Source: an uncultured Acidobacteriota bacterium (GTDB lineage: Bacteria > Acidobacteriota > Terriglobia > Acidiferrales > UBA7541). Taken from it: DNA of 64,000 nt. The DNA lies in assembly GCA_963812645.1 (NCBI GenBank), contig CAWEVU010000003.1, positions 98,071 through 162,070 of the forward strand, given 5' to 3'. The translations under genes were made by a program, and so were the position numbers. The notes under the pieces are model-generated. The model saw nothing but the letters and a program-made list of their open reading frames with translations. It was not told where the DNA came from and searched no databases. This document shows positions 9,691 to 18,672 of this stretch, in pieces (within the stretch, counting starts at the first letter, position 1; each line of letters opens with the position of its first letter).

Positions 9691-10309
9691 TCCACAGAGA
9701 AGCACGGGCCTTCAATTCCCATCTCGAACTTAGGACACCACCTGGTCTTTCCATGCCTTGCGGAGGCATCACTGGACTGCCATACTGGTAATGGTTTCCC
9801 GTGCGGCAGAGCCGCCGTCCACCCGGCCGCGCAGTTTCTGCTGCAAGGGTCGAATGGCGGGAATTACTCCGAGCGGTGGTCATGCGGGTCGCGGCATCTA
9901 CGCGCGGATCGATTTGACCGCCTTCAAGCTGAGATGAGTCGATCTCATAAGTGCTTTTCAGGGGGTCGGAGCTTTAGCTCCGACATTGAATCGCCCGTAG
10001 AATCAAGGGCTTTAGCCCCTGAAGAAACTCAGTCTGGCTGTAGACATTATTTATGCTGTGAGTTCATTTCAGGTACTTGGACGCACCCGGTCCGTTTCCT
10101 CGATTCTAGCGGGCAAGGGAACACTCGTAGAGAGATCGATCGGTCGGTCATAAAAAGCAGTTTCGGTCGACAAAAATTGTCACTTTTAGGGCCTGTTTCA
10201 AACTGGGATATCCGTCGAGTCACTTGTTTGGTCTGTAGCAGCTCTGTACGTTGCTGATTTGGCCAGGCTTATTGGAACTGGGCATCACAGCCCTGTAGAA
10301 ACGGGCTCG

Positions 10310-10325
10310 TGGCAACGCGCTTGCA
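10310..10325 (+). promoter_or_regulatory. sigma-54 (-24/-12) promoter of pilA2: TGGCAA-CGCGC-TTGCA
   Basis: Correct GG/GC spacing, 82 nt upstream of the pilA2 ATG at 10407. Confidence 0.6.
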
Positions 10326-10406
10326 CTTAACTCAAGCATGAAGCCAGCGAGTCAGCCCCTAGGCGCTGTAGCTGGATGCTCAAGTTGGAATTTACAAGGA
10401 GAGAAG

Positions 10407-10925
10407 ATGAAGAAGAGTCAGAAGGGTTTCTCGCTGATCGAACTTTTGATCGTCGTGGCGATCATTTTGATCATCGCGGCCATTGCTATTCCGAACCTCT
10501 TGAAGGCCCGCATTGCGGCTAACGAGGCCTCTGCAGTCGGCACGCTGCGCACCATCAATACCGCAGCGGTCACCTATCAATCAACATTCAACAACGGTTT
10601 CCCCCAGACGTTTGCGATCTTTGGCGGCCCACCTCCGGGGACTTGCGCACTCTCCAACCTGCTCGACTCGACCTTGACGGCCAACGGTCAAAAGAGCGGC
10701 TACACCATCACCTATACACAAGTGAAGGCCTTGACTGCGGCAGCCACCGGCTGCGGCGCTCCGGGTTCGGCAACGTACGTTACGGGTGCAGTACCACTCA
10801 GCGTAAACGCCACGGGTAACCGTACTTTCTGCAGCGACGAATCCGGCGTGATCCACGTGGATCCGTCGGGCGCGGCGGCACCGGCAACCGACGTAGCTTG
10901 CGAAGCTCTCGCTTCCTTGCAATAG
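10407..10925 (+). CDS. pilA: type IV pilin, near-identical paralog of pilA1
   Basis: 172 aa from the internal ATG at 10407, with the same AAGGAGAGAAG SD context as pilA1. It differs from pilA1 at about 5 residues. The track ORF starting at 10338 is an upstream extension. Confidence 0.9.
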   Translation: MKKSQKGFSLIELLIVVAIILIIAAIAIPNLLKARIAANEASAVGTLRTINTAAVTYQSTFNNGFPQTFAIFGGPPPGTCALSNLLDSTLTANGQKSGYTITYTQVKALTAAATGCGAPGSATYVTGAVPLSVNATGNRTFCSDESGVIHVDPSGAAAPATDVACEALASLQ

Positions 10926-10954
10926 AACGGCGACAGCACTTTCACTCGCGTAGG

Positions 10955-10981
10955 GGAGAGAGCTTCGGCTCTCTCCTTTTT
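10955..10981 (+). terminator. Rho-independent terminator of pilA2
   Basis: Stem GGAGAGAGC / GCTCTCTCC with a TTCG loop, followed by TTTTT. Confidence 0.8.
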
Positions 10982-11016
10982 CGGATAGACCCAGCGGAGG
11001 CAGCGGGGAAACTGAA

Positions 11017-11577
11017 ATGAGCACTTGGGTCCAAGTCGACAGCAGGGAAGCGCGGCGCAACGGTGCTCATGGTTTTTCACTCATCGAGCTTCTGATCGTC
11101 GTCGCCATCATCCTCATCATCGCCGCAATCGCTATTCCCAATCTCTTGAAAGCGCGAATGTCCGCAAATGAAGCTTCGGCAGCCGAGAACGTGCGCACCA
11201 TCACCACCGCGGCAGTCGTCTACAACTCCACCTGGAACAATGGATTTCCGCCGACCTTTGCGACCTTCGGCGGTCCGGGCGGCAACTCTTCCACCTGCGA
11301 TTTCGCCCAGCTCGTAGATAACACTCTCGTGAACGCCCCGAATCAAAAGAGCGGCTATCAATACGCGTACACCGTCTCCGGTCCGACAGTGGTCGTAGCT
11401 CCCACGTGTTCCGCTCCTGGCTTCTTTCAATACGTAGTTTCGGCCACTCCGCTAACGGTTGGGTTCACCGGCACGCGTAGCTTCTGCAGCGATCAACCTG
11501 GCATCATCCATTTCGACACCACCGGCGCAACCACAGCCACCCCGGCGGCGTGCGAAGCTCTTCCCGCGCTCCAGTAG
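11017..11577 (+). CDS. type IV pilin, divergent third paralog with a long (19-aa) leader
   Basis: 186 aa: ...RRNGAHG|FSLIELLIVVAIILIIAAIAIPNLLKARMSANEASA. The C-terminal Cys pattern resembles pilA1 and pilA2. Confidence 0.85.
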   Translation: MSTWVQVDSREARRNGAHGFSLIELLIVVAIILIIAAIAIPNLLKARMSANEASAAENVRTITTAAVVYNSTWNNGFPPTFATFGGPGGNSSTCDFAQLVDNTLVNAPNQKSGYQYAYTVSGPTVVVAPTCSAPGFFQYVVSATPLTVGFTGTRSFCSDQPGIIHFDTTGATTATPAACEALPALQ

Positions 11578-11627
11578 CACTCATTCAATTTGTTGCCTAA
11601 GCGTAGCAGGACCCGCCGGATTTTTGG

Positions 11628-11765
11628 AGGGAGCCCTCGCATTTATGCGGGGGAAGGAGCGCTTCCGCGCTTTATGCGTCCCGATGGTTTGTATCGGGAA
11701 GCGCTCCGGTAAAAGCCAATCGCTCACGATGCGCTTTAGCGCTGGCTCCGTGAAGCAGCTCCGTT
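11628..11765. repeat. REP-like composite palindromic element, copy 2
   Basis: GCATTTATGCGGGGGAAGGAGCGCTTCCGCGCTTTATGCGTCCCGATGGTTTGTATCGGGAAGCGCTCC...GCGCTTTAGCGCTGG. It is nearly identical to copy 1 and again lies immediately downstream of a pilin gene. Confidence 0.75.
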
Positions 11766-11883
11766 GGAGACTTTCGCAATCACCCCACATCGCGAATACA
11801 GGACAGAATTTGCCGAAGACTTGTAATCCAAATGTGCAACCACGTCGCTTTCACGCTCTAATGCATCCTGCTAGACTCTTCGC

Positions 11884-12585
11884 GTGAACGTCCCAAGCCT
11901 TACCATCCTGCTTTTCCTGATCTTTTCCGGCCCTGCGCAAACGGCGCCTCAGATCGTCCGTTCCGTCGAAGCGCGCTACTCCCACGCGCACACTCTCGAA
12001 GCAAAATTCTACGAGCGCTATCGCACTTCCGGCCAGCCCGGACAATCGGAATCAGGCACAGTCTATTTCTCCAAGCCCGGGCGCATGCGCTGGGAATACG
12101 AGTCGCCCGCAACGAAGCTTTTTCTCGTGGATGGCACTAACGTATGGCTCTACGTTCCCGCCGATCGCACCGCCAGCCGCGCCAAGCTGAAAGAGAGTGA
12201 CGACTGGCGCACGCCCCTCGCTCTGCTCACCGGCAAAGTCCATCTCGATCGCCTGTGCGGGAAGATTGATCTGGTCGGTTCGTCGGCAGGCGGCGATGGT
12301 TCGAGAGATGCTCTACTCGACCCGCGCGACCTTCTTTTGCGCTGCTCGCCGCGATCCTCGGGCGGTACGGCCGACACCTCCGCGTTCCGCGAAATTCTCT
12401 TTGAGATCGATCCTGATTATCGCCTCGCTCGCGTCGTAATCCGCGAGCCCGGCGACACGGAAACCGAATTTCGCTTCGGCGGCTGGCAGGAGAACGTCCC
12501 CGTGCCGGAATCGAAATTTCATTTTGATCCGCCCCCAGGCGTGAACGTAGTAAACGCCGAAGATCTGGCCCGCGGGATCCGCTAA
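11884..12585 (+). CDS. LolA-like outer-membrane lipoprotein carrier/sorting protein
   Basis: 233 aa with a signal peptide. The LolA-like core reads GTVYFSKPGRMRWEYESPATKLFLVDGTNVWLYVP. GTG start. Confidence 0.7.
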   Translation: MNVPSLTILLFLIFSGPAQTAPQIVRSVEARYSHAHTLEAKFYERYRTSGQPGQSESGTVYFSKPGRMRWEYESPATKLFLVDGTNVWLYVPADRTASRAKLKESDDWRTPLALLTGKVHLDRLCGKIDLVGSSAGGDGSRDALLDPRDLLLRCSPRSSGGTADTSAFREILFEIDPDYRLARVVIREPGDTETEFRFGGWQENVPVPESKFHFDPPPGVNVVNAEDLARGIR

Positions 12586-12606
12586 TCGAGGCGTCGAGGA
12601 GGTTCA

Positions 12607-13458
12607 ATGCAATCCGGGTACGCCAGCGCCAAGTCCCCCACGGATCTATATCGCATCGCCAAGAAGGCCGGCGTCTGGGATCCCGAAAGCATCCCCGTTG
12701 CCGAAGATGCGCATGATTGGCAGGCTCTGAACGCCGGCGAGCGCGAACAACTCCTGAAAATTTGCGCTCTATTTTACGAAGGCGAAGTGAGCGTTTCGGA
12801 AACGCTGGCGTGGTGGCTCGTGGCGATCCCGGAAGACGATCGCAAGGTATTTCTGGCCTCCCAGATTTTCGAGGAAGTGAAGCACGCGGAATTTTTCGCG
12901 CTCTGCTTCAAAAATGTTTTTGGCAATGTGGACACGCGCGCCTATTTGAATCCCGCGTATCGTGGTGTGCTGGTAGACGAGTTGCGTGCCCGCGGCGAGG
13001 CCATCGGCCAGGCTGTGCTCGCTTGCCGCGCCTGCGCGGGCGCAACGGGCTCGGTCAGAGAGCGCGCCGCCGCTGATCTCGAGCGCGCGCTGGTCCTTGG
13101 CATGGCCCACTACATGGGCATCATTGAGGGAACTCTCGCCGTCACCGGCTATGATTATTTCGACGAAATGCAGGCCTCGCGCGGAATCTTTCCTCGCCTC
13201 CTCGAAGGCGTGCGTTTGATTCGCGCCGACGAAGGCCGCCACATCGCCCACGGAATGGACTACTTGCGCCGCAAACTCGCCGAGAAGCCGGAATATAAGC
13301 AGCCCGTCGCTGAGCTTTTCTTTCAGGAATCTTCGCGCTCAGCCGACCGCGCCGACTATATCTTCGAAACCAATGGCTTCGGCCTCGATCCCGGCCGAAT
13401 GATCGCGATCTCGTTCGAACACCTCGGCCAGCGCTCCCGCGAAATCGGACTCTCGTAA
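12607..13458 (+). CDS. ferritin-like diiron-carboxylate protein related to ribonucleotide reductase R2
   Basis: 283 aa with two ExxH motifs (EEVKHAE, ADEGRHIAHG) and upstream carboxylates (FYEGE). A GAGGAGG SD sequence precedes it. Confidence 0.6.
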   Translation: MQSGYASAKSPTDLYRIAKKAGVWDPESIPVAEDAHDWQALNAGEREQLLKICALFYEGEVSVSETLAWWLVAIPEDDRKVFLASQIFEEVKHAEFFALCFKNVFGNVDTRAYLNPAYRGVLVDELRARGEAIGQAVLACRACAGATGSVRERAAADLERALVLGMAHYMGIIEGTLAVTGYDYFDEMQASRGIFPRLLEGVRLIRADEGRHIAHGMDYLRRKLAEKPEYKQPVAELFFQESSRSADRADYIFETNGFGLDPGRMIAISFEHLGQRSREIGLS

Positions 13459-13694
13459 CGCCCGTTGCCTTCTTGCGCACGAAAAGCGCGGCCTCAAGGC
13501 AAAGTTTTCGCCTCCAACGGCATCTTTCAAGAGGTGGGCAATTCTCCCCGAAAACGTGCCGCAGCCTCCCGGCGTCCCGCGGCATGCTATTTCAGTACTC
13601 GCAGCAGCACCCTCTGCTGCGGGATGCCGCGCCTCGGGGATGTGCTAAACTTTGACCCTGTGGAAAAATCCAAGCTTGAGGAAGCCTCCGCTTA

Positions 13695-14909
13695 ATGGCT
13701 GAGTACGTTTGCAAAATAGCAGATGCGACCGGCCGTGTATTCGAGCAGGTCGAAACCGCTCTTTCGGAGAATGAAGCCCGTCACCGGCTCTCCGAGCGCG
13801 GCTTCTATGTTTATTCCATCAGCCAAAATCTGGGCTTAGCCAGCCGCTTTCGCCGCTCGGGCTCCAGCCGTCTCGTCCGCGGCCAGGACTTCCTGATCTT
13901 CAATCAGCAATTCAACACGCTGCTCAAGGCCGGCCTTCCGATTCTCACCGCTCTCGATCTGCTGGCCGAACGCGCCGCCGCGCCGCGATTGCGCCCGCTT
14001 CTCGCCGATGTACGCGAGCGAGTGCGCACCGGCGCGTTGCTATCCGAGGCCCTCGTGGCGCAGGCCGTCTTCCCAGCCGTCTATACCACCTCAGTAATGG
14101 CCGGAGAGAAGAGCGGCAGTCTCAGCACGGTACTCGACCAATACATCGCTTACCAAAAGACCACCAGTTCCTTCTTCAGCCGCCTGAAAAACGTGCTGAT
14201 CTACCCGTGCATTCTGATTGTAATGGTCATCATCGTCTTGTCTTATCTCGTGACTTTCGCCGTTCCGCGCTTCGCCGAATTGTACAAAGAGCTGAACGTG
14301 CAATTACCGACGATCACGCGCATCGTACTGGCCATCTCCTTGCCGCTGCGCGACTACATCGTATTCGTCGTGGCCGGCTTGGTGCTGGTAGGTCTCCTGA
14401 CGTTTTTCTGGGCGCGCAGCGAGCACGGCGCTCTGGTGCTCGATCGCCTGAAACCGCGCGTCCCGATTGTCGGCAACATCTGGTTGAAAGCCCAGATCGC
14501 GCAATTTGTTCGCACGCTCTCCACTCTGCTGGCCGGAGGCTCGCCGCTGGTCACCGCGCTCGACACCGCCGCCGACGCCATGGGCAGCAAGCTGATCTCT
14601 ACGTCCGTACGCAAAGCAGCCGCGCAAGTTCGCGAAGGCAAGCCTCTTCACACTACGCTGGCGGAAACCAAAGTGATGCCCGAGCTCGCCTTGGAAATGA
14701 TCGAAGTCGGCGAAGCATCGGGCGCTCTCGCCCCGATGCTCACCAGCGTCGCAGAATTTTACGAACAGGAAGTGGATCTGAAACTCACGGCGATCCTTGC
14801 GTGGGTGGAACCGGCAATTTTGGTTATCATGGCCGCTGTGATAGCCTTCATTTTGATTGCTCTCTACCTGCCAATGTTCTCTTTGACCGCCGGGACAGTT
14901 CAGGGGTAA
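13695..14909 (+). CDS. GspF/PilC-family platform protein (second copy)
   Basis: 404 aa with duplicated T2SSF domains and three TM segments. Confidence 0.9.
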   Translation: MAEYVCKIADATGRVFEQVETALSENEARHRLSERGFYVYSISQNLGLASRFRRSGSSRLVRGQDFLIFNQQFNTLLKAGLPILTALDLLAERAAAPRLRPLLADVRERVRTGALLSEALVAQAVFPAVYTTSVMAGEKSGSLSTVLDQYIAYQKTTSSFFSRLKNVLIYPCILIVMVIIVLSYLVTFAVPRFAELYKELNVQLPTITRIVLAISLPLRDYIVFVVAGLVLVGLLTFFWARSEHGALVLDRLKPRVPIVGNIWLKAQIAQFVRTLSTLLAGGSPLVTALDTAADAMGSKLISTSVRKAAAQVREGKPLHTTLAETKVMPELALEMIEVGEASGALAPMLTSVAEFYEQEVDLKLTAILAWVEPAILVIMAAVIAFILIALYLPMFSLTAGTVQG

Positions 14910-14915
14910 GAAGGA

Positions 14916-16547
14916 ATGGGCGCCACAAATCGCAGTCCGGTCCCACCCAACCAGCCAGATCCCGCGGCTGAGATGGAGCGCAGCAAGCGCCTGGCGGAGC
15001 GCTATCGCTGTTCCTTCATCGATCTGCGCGACCAGCGCATCGATCCCGAGCTCTTCCGCAGCATTCCGGCCGAGCTGATGTTCCGCTACAACTTCGTTCC
15101 TCTCGAGGCCCACGACCACTCGCTGGCCATCGCCGTTTCCGATCCGAGCCAGGTGCTCGTGAATGACGAGCTCTCGCTCCTTCTCGGCAAAAAGCTGCAA
15201 ATTAAAGTCGCCACCGCCACTCAAATCGGCGACATCCTCAAGCGCACCGAGCAATCGCAGCGCGTTCTCGACCAGGCGACTGAGGGCTTCACGCTCCAGG
15301 TCGTAACAGAAGACGAGGAGAGCGAAGAAAACATAACCATGGAGAAGCTGACGCGCGATACCGGCGTCAGCCCCGTCGTGCGCCTCGTGGACACCGTAAT
15401 CTTCACCGCCCTCGAGCGCCGCGCCTCCGATATTCACATCGAGACCGGCAACACCGAAGTGGTCGTCAAGTACCGCATTGACGGCGTGCTGCAGCACGCC
15501 ATGGCTCCGCTCGGCAAGGAATGGCACGCCACCATTCTTTCGCGCATAAAAGTCATGAGCGAGCTCGACATCGCCGAGCGCCGCGTCCCACAAGACGGCC
15601 GATTCCGCGTGCGTTACAAGGGCCGCTTCATCGACTTCCGCGTTTCCATCATGCCCTCGATTCACGGCGAAGACGCGGTCCTTCGCGTCCTCGACAAAGA
15701 AACGCTCAGCGAAAAATTCCGCAATTTGACGCTCGATGTCGTCGGCTTCTCGCCGGAAGAGTTAAAGCATCTTCGCCGCTACATTCGCGAGCCGTACGGC
15801 ATGGTCCTCGTCACCGGCCCCACGGGTTCCGGCAAGACCACCACTCTTTACGCCGCCATCAATGAAATCAAAAGCGACGAAGACAAATTCATCACCATCG
15901 AAGACCCGGTCGAATATCAAGTCCGCGGCATCACCCAGATTCCAGTAAACGAAAAGAAGGGCCTCACCTTCGCCCGCGGGTTGCGTTCAATTTTGCGCCA
16001 CGACCCGGACAAAATCATGGTCGGCGAAATCCGCGACCAGGAAACCGCGCAGATCGCCATTCAATCCGCGCTGACTGGCCACCTGGTCTTCACCACCGTT
16101 CACGCCAACAACGTTACCGATGTGATCGGCCGCTTCATCAACATGGGTGTCGAGCCCTACAATTTCGTCTCCGCGCTGAACTGCATCCTGGCTCAGCGCC
16201 TCGTTCGCCTGATTTGCGAGCATTGTAAGAAGCCCGTTCATTACGCGCCCGACCAACTCGAAGAAATCGGCCTGAATCCCAGGGAGTGGGCGGATGTCCC
16301 GCTCTACGAAGGCTCCGGCTGCCTAGAATGCAGCGGCACGGGCTATCACGGCCGCACGGCCATCTGCGAATTGCTCGATCTCTCCGACCGCATCCGCGAA
16401 ATGATCATCGCGCGGCGCCCCACCTCTGAAATCAAGCGCGCCGGAAAAGAAGAAGGCATGGTCTTCCTCCGCGGTTCCGGCCTTGATAAAGTACGCGCCG
16501 GCCTCACCACCATTCGCGAAATCAACAAGGTGACCTTCCTTGAGTAG
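14916..16547 (+). CDS. GspE/PilB-family secretion/assembly ATPase (second copy)
   Basis: 543 aa. It has a T2SSE N-terminal domain, Walker A GPTGSGKTT, and the Cys motif CEHCK...CLECSGTGYHGR. Confidence 0.9.
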   Translation: MGATNRSPVPPNQPDPAAEMERSKRLAERYRCSFIDLRDQRIDPELFRSIPAELMFRYNFVPLEAHDHSLAIAVSDPSQVLVNDELSLLLGKKLQIKVATATQIGDILKRTEQSQRVLDQATEGFTLQVVTEDEESEENITMEKLTRDTGVSPVVRLVDTVIFTALERRASDIHIETGNTEVVVKYRIDGVLQHAMAPLGKEWHATILSRIKVMSELDIAERRVPQDGRFRVRYKGRFIDFRVSIMPSIHGEDAVLRVLDKETLSEKFRNLTLDVVGFSPEELKHLRRYIREPYGMVLVTGPTGSGKTTTLYAAINEIKSDEDKFITIEDPVEYQVRGITQIPVNEKKGLTFARGLRSILRHDPDKIMVGEIRDQETAQIAIQSALTGHLVFTTVHANNVTDVIGRFINMGVEPYNFVSALNCILAQRLVRLICEHCKKPVHYAPDQLEEIGLNPREWADVPLYEGSGCLECSGTGYHGRTAICELLDLSDRIREMIIARRPTSEIKRAGKEEGMVFLRGSGLDKVRAGLTTIREINKVTFLE

Positions 16548-17517
16548 CCTCAGCGGCGCGTCGCTCTCGTCTCCAAAGGCAGGCCTGTTCGGCCGGTTTA
16601 CGAACTGGCTCGACGCTATGCCGCACCCCGCAAGCGTCTGCGAAATTGCCGGTGATCACGTCTCCGCCGCGCGCTGGACCGCTATCGGCGGTCTCGATTC
16701 CGCCGCGGTCGAAGGTCTCGAGCCCGGCTCCGTGCACCCTTCGCCGGTCGATGCAAATGTAGTGAACGGCGAGGAACTCCGCTCCGCTCTGCGCCGCGTA
16801 TTGGATCGCGTGGGCGGCCGCGGCCAGATGATGGCGCTGCTCGTTCCCGATCCTGCCGTGCGCGTTTTTATTCTTCCCTTCGAGAATTTGCCGCGCCGCG
16901 CAGATGAATATCTGCCTCTTCTCCGCTGGCGCCTCAAGAAGAGCGTGCCCTTCGACGTGGACGACACGGTGATCTCCTCGATGCGCCAGGTAGGTCGCGA
17001 CGGCAATCTTGAAGTGATCGCCGCAGTCGCACGCAAATCCATCATTCGCGAGTATGAAGAGGCTCTCGAGGCCGCCGATGGCGTGCCCGGCGTGGTGCTC
17101 AGCTCCACTTTCGCCTGCTTGCCTCTTCTCGATGAATCCGCGGGTGCCATGCTCGTCCGCGTGGCCGGAGCCAATCTCACCACCGCCATCGTCCGCGGCA
17201 ATAATCTTTGCGTTTATCGTTCCACCGAAATGGCAGGCGGCGATCCCACTCATTTTGATGCTCGCTCCATCCTCGACGAGGTTTTTCCCGCGGTCGCCTA
17301 TTATCAGGACACCTGGGGCGGCGAGCTCGATCGCGTTCTTGTCGCCGGATTCGGCGAAAGGGAAGAAGCCATTCGTTCGGCAATTTCCGATGAACTGAAG
17401 GCCACCGCGTTGCCTTTAGCCGATGGAGAAACATCGCGGTCCCTCGGCAACGACGCGCAAGATCTGATCGCCCGGGGCGGGGAAGCGCTCGCCGGCTGGA
17501 TGGCCAACGGAAAATGA
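16540..17517 (+). CDS. pilM: PilM-like (actin-fold) pilus assembly protein
   Basis: 325 aa. The pattern LLVPDPAVRVFILPFENLP...LRWRLKKSVPFDVDD resembles PilM/GspL cytoplasmic domains. The TTG start overlaps the previous stop, so the start is uncertain. It is followed by PilN/O-like genes. Confidence 0.6.
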   Translation: MSSLSGASLSSPKAGLFGRFTNWLDAMPHPASVCEIAGDHVSAARWTAIGGLDSAAVEGLEPGSVHPSPVDANVVNGEELRSALRRVLDRVGGRGQMMALLVPDPAVRVFILPFENLPRRADEYLPLLRWRLKKSVPFDVDDTVISSMRQVGRDGNLEVIAAVARKSIIREYEEALEAADGVPGVVLSSTFACLPLLDESAGAMLVRVAGANLTTAIVRGNNLCVYRSTEMAGGDPTHFDARSILDEVFPAVAYYQDTWGGELDRVLVAGFGEREEAIRSAISDELKATALPLADGETSRSLGNDAQDLIARGGEALAGWMANGK

Positions 17518-17542
17518 CACAGTCGTCTCAGAAGCAGCCACA

Positions 17543-18121
17543 ATGAAGCTGAATCTCAATCTCGCGACGTCGCCACTCGAAAACAACCGGCGCTTCATCG
17601 CCGGTGTCGGACTGGCCGGCATTGCTGCGCTCATCGCTCTCTTCATTCTCTCGCACCAAACCTATTCCACCTGGCGCGCCAACCGCGCGATCCGCTCCGA
17701 TATTTCCCGCATCGAAAGTGAAATTGAGGCCGAAACCGCGGAGGAGCAGAAGCTTTCCCGCTTTTTCGATTTCCCCGAGCAGAAGAAAGTTCTGGATCGC
17801 TCGAATTTCCTGAACTCGCTCATCGAAGCGCGCACCTTCCCGTGGCCGAAAATCTTCGAGGATCTCGAAAAGACGCTTCCTCCCGGCGTGCGCATCATCA
17901 GCATCGCCCCGCGCCTCGAAGGCGGCCGCGCCCTGATCAAGCTCACCATCGGTGCGATGGACGATCAGGCCGAAGTGGAATTCCTGCACAATCTCGCGCT
18001 CTCGAAGGTATTCAGCGGCATTCGCGTCAGCGACGAAAAATATAACGACAAGCAGGAAGCCAAAGGGCCGGGCAGCGACCACATCGTCATCGCTCTCGAA
18101 GCGTGGTATTCGACCATATGA
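17543..18121 (+). CDS. pilN: PilN-like bitopic pilus assembly protein
   Basis: 192 aa. It has the N-terminal MKLNLNLA motif, a single TM helix, then a coiled coil and an alpha/beta domain. Confidence 0.65.
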   Translation: MKLNLNLATSPLENNRRFIAGVGLAGIAALIALFILSHQTYSTWRANRAIRSDISRIESEIEAETAEEQKLSRFFDFPEQKKVLDRSNFLNSLIEARTFPWPKIFEDLEKTLPPGVRIISIAPRLEGGRALIKLTIGAMDDQAEVEFLHNLALSKVFSGIRVSDEKYNDKQEAKGPGSDHIVIALEAWYSTI

Positions 18122-18669
18122 ACTGGATGTCTCGATCTCGCGGATGGAAGCGCGTGGTTCTCGCGGGCCTCGGTGCGCTCGTGGTCCTGGATCTCGGCCT
18201 GGGGATTCTTCTGTGGCAGCTTCGCCAGACCGATCCCACCGACCTCAGCCGTCAGCGCACCGCGCTCGAGATCAAGGCCAAGCTCCTCAAAGCCGATGTC
18301 GCCCGCGGCGATTCCATTCAAAGAGAAATGCCCAAGGTCGGCGAGCAGGCCGCTGAATTCTACGAGCAGCAATTGCCGCCATCAACGGCCGGCTATTCCT
18401 CGCTCGTCGCCGATCTCGGCGAGATCGCCGACAAGGCCGGCCTCAGAACGTCGTCCACTTCGTTTCAGGATCACCTGTTGCAGGAGCGGGGCGTAACCGA
18501 AATCCAGATACAGGAAACCGTCGAGGGCGATTATGCCTCGGTGCTGAAGTACATCGCAGGCCTCGAGCGCTCGCGCAATTTTTATCTCTTGAGCGACCTG
18601 GGATTGGATTCATCCGAAACGGGAGTGTTGCACCTGAAGCTGGTGCTGAAGACGTATTTCCGAACCTGA
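18118..18669 (+). CDS. pilO: PilO/GspM-like bitopic pilus assembly protein
   Basis: The ATG at 18118 overlaps the pilN-like stop (ATGA). It has one TM helix, a coiled coil and a ferredoxin-like C-terminus. The track ORF starts at a GTG at 18103. Confidence 0.55.
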   Translation: MNWMSRSRGWKRVVLAGLGALVVLDLGLGILLWQLRQTDPTDLSRQRTALEIKAKLLKADVARGDSIQREMPKVGEQAAEFYEQQLPPSTAGYSSLVADLGEIADKAGLRTSSTSFQDHLLQERGVTEIQIQETVEGDYASVLKYIAGLERSRNFYLLSDLGLDSSETGVLHLKLVLKTYFRT

Positions 18670-18672
18670 GCC

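Noticed and set aside
9397-10257. 286-aa ORF filling the 1-kb gap between pilA1 and pilA2
   Set aside because: It reads straight through the terminator, the 42-bp tandem units and the REP-like palindromes. Its composition and lack of an SD sequence argue that it is a repeat artefact, and the gap is treated as non-coding.
11578-11627. Possible Rho-independent terminator after the third pilin
   Set aside because: Only a weak CCGCCGG...TTTTT context exists with no stable stem. The adjacent REP-like palindromes are the more plausible 3'-end structure.
13661-13675. Sigma-54-like motif TGGAAA-AATCC-AAGC upstream of the second gspF
   Set aside because: The GG/GC spacing fits, but the -12 element is weak (AAGC). 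The predicted start site would also fall downstream of the gene's Shine-Dalgarno sequence (GAGGAAG at 13678-13684).
14304-15665. 453-aa minus-strand ORF, and similar long antisense ORFs (1338-2432, 2791-3795, 4018-5052, 5910-7079, 17528-18082, 42736-43461, 51223-52155)
   Set aside because: All lie opposite strongly supported genes (pilB, pilT, pilC, pilS, gspE/F copies, kinases, the sigma-54 regulator). They have low-complexity Arg/Gly/Asp-rich translations, so they are not independent genes.
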